Translations under genes and position numbers: made by a program
Assembly (NCBI GenBank): GCA_964539025.1
Contig: CAZIFA010000009.1
Span: 14,554-78,553, forward strand
Length of the DNA stretch: 64,000 bases
DNA from: an uncultured Micavibrio sp.
GTDB lineage: Bacteria > Pseudomonadota > Alphaproteobacteria > Micavibrionales > Micavibrionaceae
Direction: 5' to 3'
Shown: positions 62,808 through 64,000 of the stretch, piece after piece
How positions within the stretch are numbered: position 1 is the stretch's first letter
Layout: every line of letters begins with the position of its first letter
Notes under the pieces: model-generated
The model's database searches: none
What the model saw: the letters and a program-made list of their open reading frames with translations, nothing else
What the model was told of the DNA's origin: nothing

Positions 62808-63257
62808 TCATGCTCTCTCCATCAACTGCGAAATCAGCGGAACATCCGCTTCCGCCATCGGAAGGTTATAGAGTTCGTTGATCTTCATCCATTTCACCGC
62901 CTGCCCTTCACGCGGCGTGACGATGCCTTTCCACATGCGGCAGACATAAAGCGGCATAAGAAGATGAAAATCAGGATAGGAATGCGAAGCGAAAGCGATC
63001 GGCGTAAAGCAGCATTCGCGCACTTCGATGCCGAGTTCTTCTTCGATTTCGCGGCACAGCGCAAATTCAGGCGTTTCGCCCTCTTTGACTTTACCACCGG
63101 GAAATTCCCATTGGCCCGCCATCGGTTTTCCTTCGGGGCGCTGCGCGACCAGAACACGTCCGTCTTTATCGATCAACGCGACAGCCGCCACCAGTAAAAG
63201 AGGAAGCCCCGCCGGCGTGACCGGACGGGGCTTCTCCAAAGCTTCGAGACAGTTCAT
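62808..63257 (-). CDS. mutT: NUDIX hydrolase (MutT-like 8-oxo-dGTP diphosphatase)
   Basis: Nudix box 'GGKVKEGETPEFALCREIEEELGI'. 149 aa. Confidence 0.8.
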   Translation of the reverse strand: MNCLEALEKPRPVTPAGLPLLLVAAVALIDKDGRVLVAQRPEGKPMAGQWEFPGGKVKEGETPEFALCREIEEELGIEVRECCFTPIAFASHSYPDFHLLMPLYVCRMWKGIVTPREGQAVKWMKINELYNLPMAEADVPLISQLMERA

Positions 63258-63262
63258 CCTGC

Positions 63263-64000
63263 CTACTGCGCCGGTGCGGGCGCAGGGGCCGGAGCCGGGA
63301 CAGCTTCAGGCGCTGGCGCTGCAACCGGTGCCGGTTGACCGCCCGCGGCAGGAGCCACGCCAGGCTGTTCCTTCAGAGGATCGCCGTTGATATCGAATTT
63401 TTCGATCTTGGCAACTTCTCGCCATTCACCAAGCATTTTCTCCAGCTTCTCGCGTTGCAGTTCAACGCGGATCTGTTGCTTGACTTGTTCGAACTCTGGC
63501 TTCGGACGATCACGTGAATCTTCAACTTTCACGACGTGATAACCAAACTCCGTTTTGATCGGGGTTTTGGAGATTTCGCCTTTGCCCATGCTGAAAACCG
63601 GATCTGCGAAGGCAGGAACCATGTCAGCCTTTGCAAACCAGCCGAGTTGACCGCCTTTATCCTTGTTGCCCGGATCGCCGGAATTTTCGGCGGCCAGTTT
63701 GGCAAAATCCTCACCGGCTTCAAGCTTGGTGATGAGTTCCTTTGCCTTGTCTTCTGAAGGCACAAGAATGTGCGCAGCTTTTATTTCCTTAACCGCCGGG
63801 ATCTTACCGATCTCTTCATTGTATTTGGCTTTCAGATCACCTTCGGAAATTTCCTTATCCAGAAGGCGCTGAACATACACGCTGCGGATTATCTGCTGTT
63901 TCGCCATGGCGAGTTGCTGCTGAACTTCCGGATCGTTTGCCAGACCGGCATTGTCAGCCTTGCTCTGAACCAGCTCTCCATTGATGGCTTGCTCAAGCGC
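63263..64000 (-). CDS. PpiC/parvulin-type peptidyl-prolyl isomerase (5' end outside the window)
   Basis: Parvulin core 'AAHILV......A..L...L..GEDFAKLA...S.D...K..GG.LGWF' and 'GYHVVKVED'. The frame stays open upstream of M63907 to the window edge. Pro/Ala-rich C-terminal tail. Confidence 0.8.
   Translation of the reverse strand, partial: ALEQAINGELVQSKADNAGLANDPEVQQQLAMAKQQIIRSVYVQRLLDKEISEGDLKAKYNEEIGKIPAVKEIKAAHILVPSEDKAKELITKLEAGEDFAKLAAENSGDPGNKDKGGQLGWFAKADMVPAFADPVFSMGKGEISKTPIKTEFGYHVVKVEDSRDRPKPEFEQVKQQIRVELQREKLEKMLGEWREVAKIEKFDINGDPLKEQPGVAPAAGGQPAPVAAPAPEAVPAPAPAPAPAQ

Noticed and set aside
1-64000. Search for integrase, transposase, recombinase, phage or conjugation genes that could explain the cassettes
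   Set aside because: None of the ORF translations shows the catalytic motifs of these families (DDE, tyrosine recombinase R..H..R..Y, or serine recombinase). The cassettes therefore cannot be called a conventional mobile element from this window.

Overview
This 64-kb chromosomal segment looks alphaproteobacterial by gene content and synteny. The core genes are ruvX, gatC-gatA...gatB, clpB, DUF4167, prmC...prfA, ispG...rodZ-like, lysC...ubiG, HIG1-etfBA, lysA, MJ0042 zinc-ribbon/ftsEX/plsC, tyrC...hisC-chorismate mutase, metA, mutT and a PpiC isomerase. There is one tRNA-Ser(GCU) and about 65 protein genes. I saw no rRNA, CRISPR array, transposase, integrase or phage genes. Two things stand out. 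(1) The window holds about 25 copies of at least seven families of short palindromic hairpin elements. Most start GTCAT and end ATGAC. They sit in intergenic gaps inside operons. One is nested inside another, one donates a stop codon to plsC, and one is inserted in frame inside ubiG. (2) Gene pairs that are normally adjacent (prfA|prmC, rodZ|ispG, lysC|ubiG, hisC|tyrC, gatCA|gatB) are each split by 2-4 kb cassettes of domain-less ORFans. Many cassettes are tandem paralog arrays, and most carry a shared TTGACATAA -35-like box. I regard these promoter-bearing, mobility-gene-free cassettes as the best candidate for an undescribed system, possibly an effector, immunity or secreted-protein repertoire. 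Their function cannot be read from the sequence. All calls rest on reading the ORF translations and the DNA by eye. No database search or alignment software was run.
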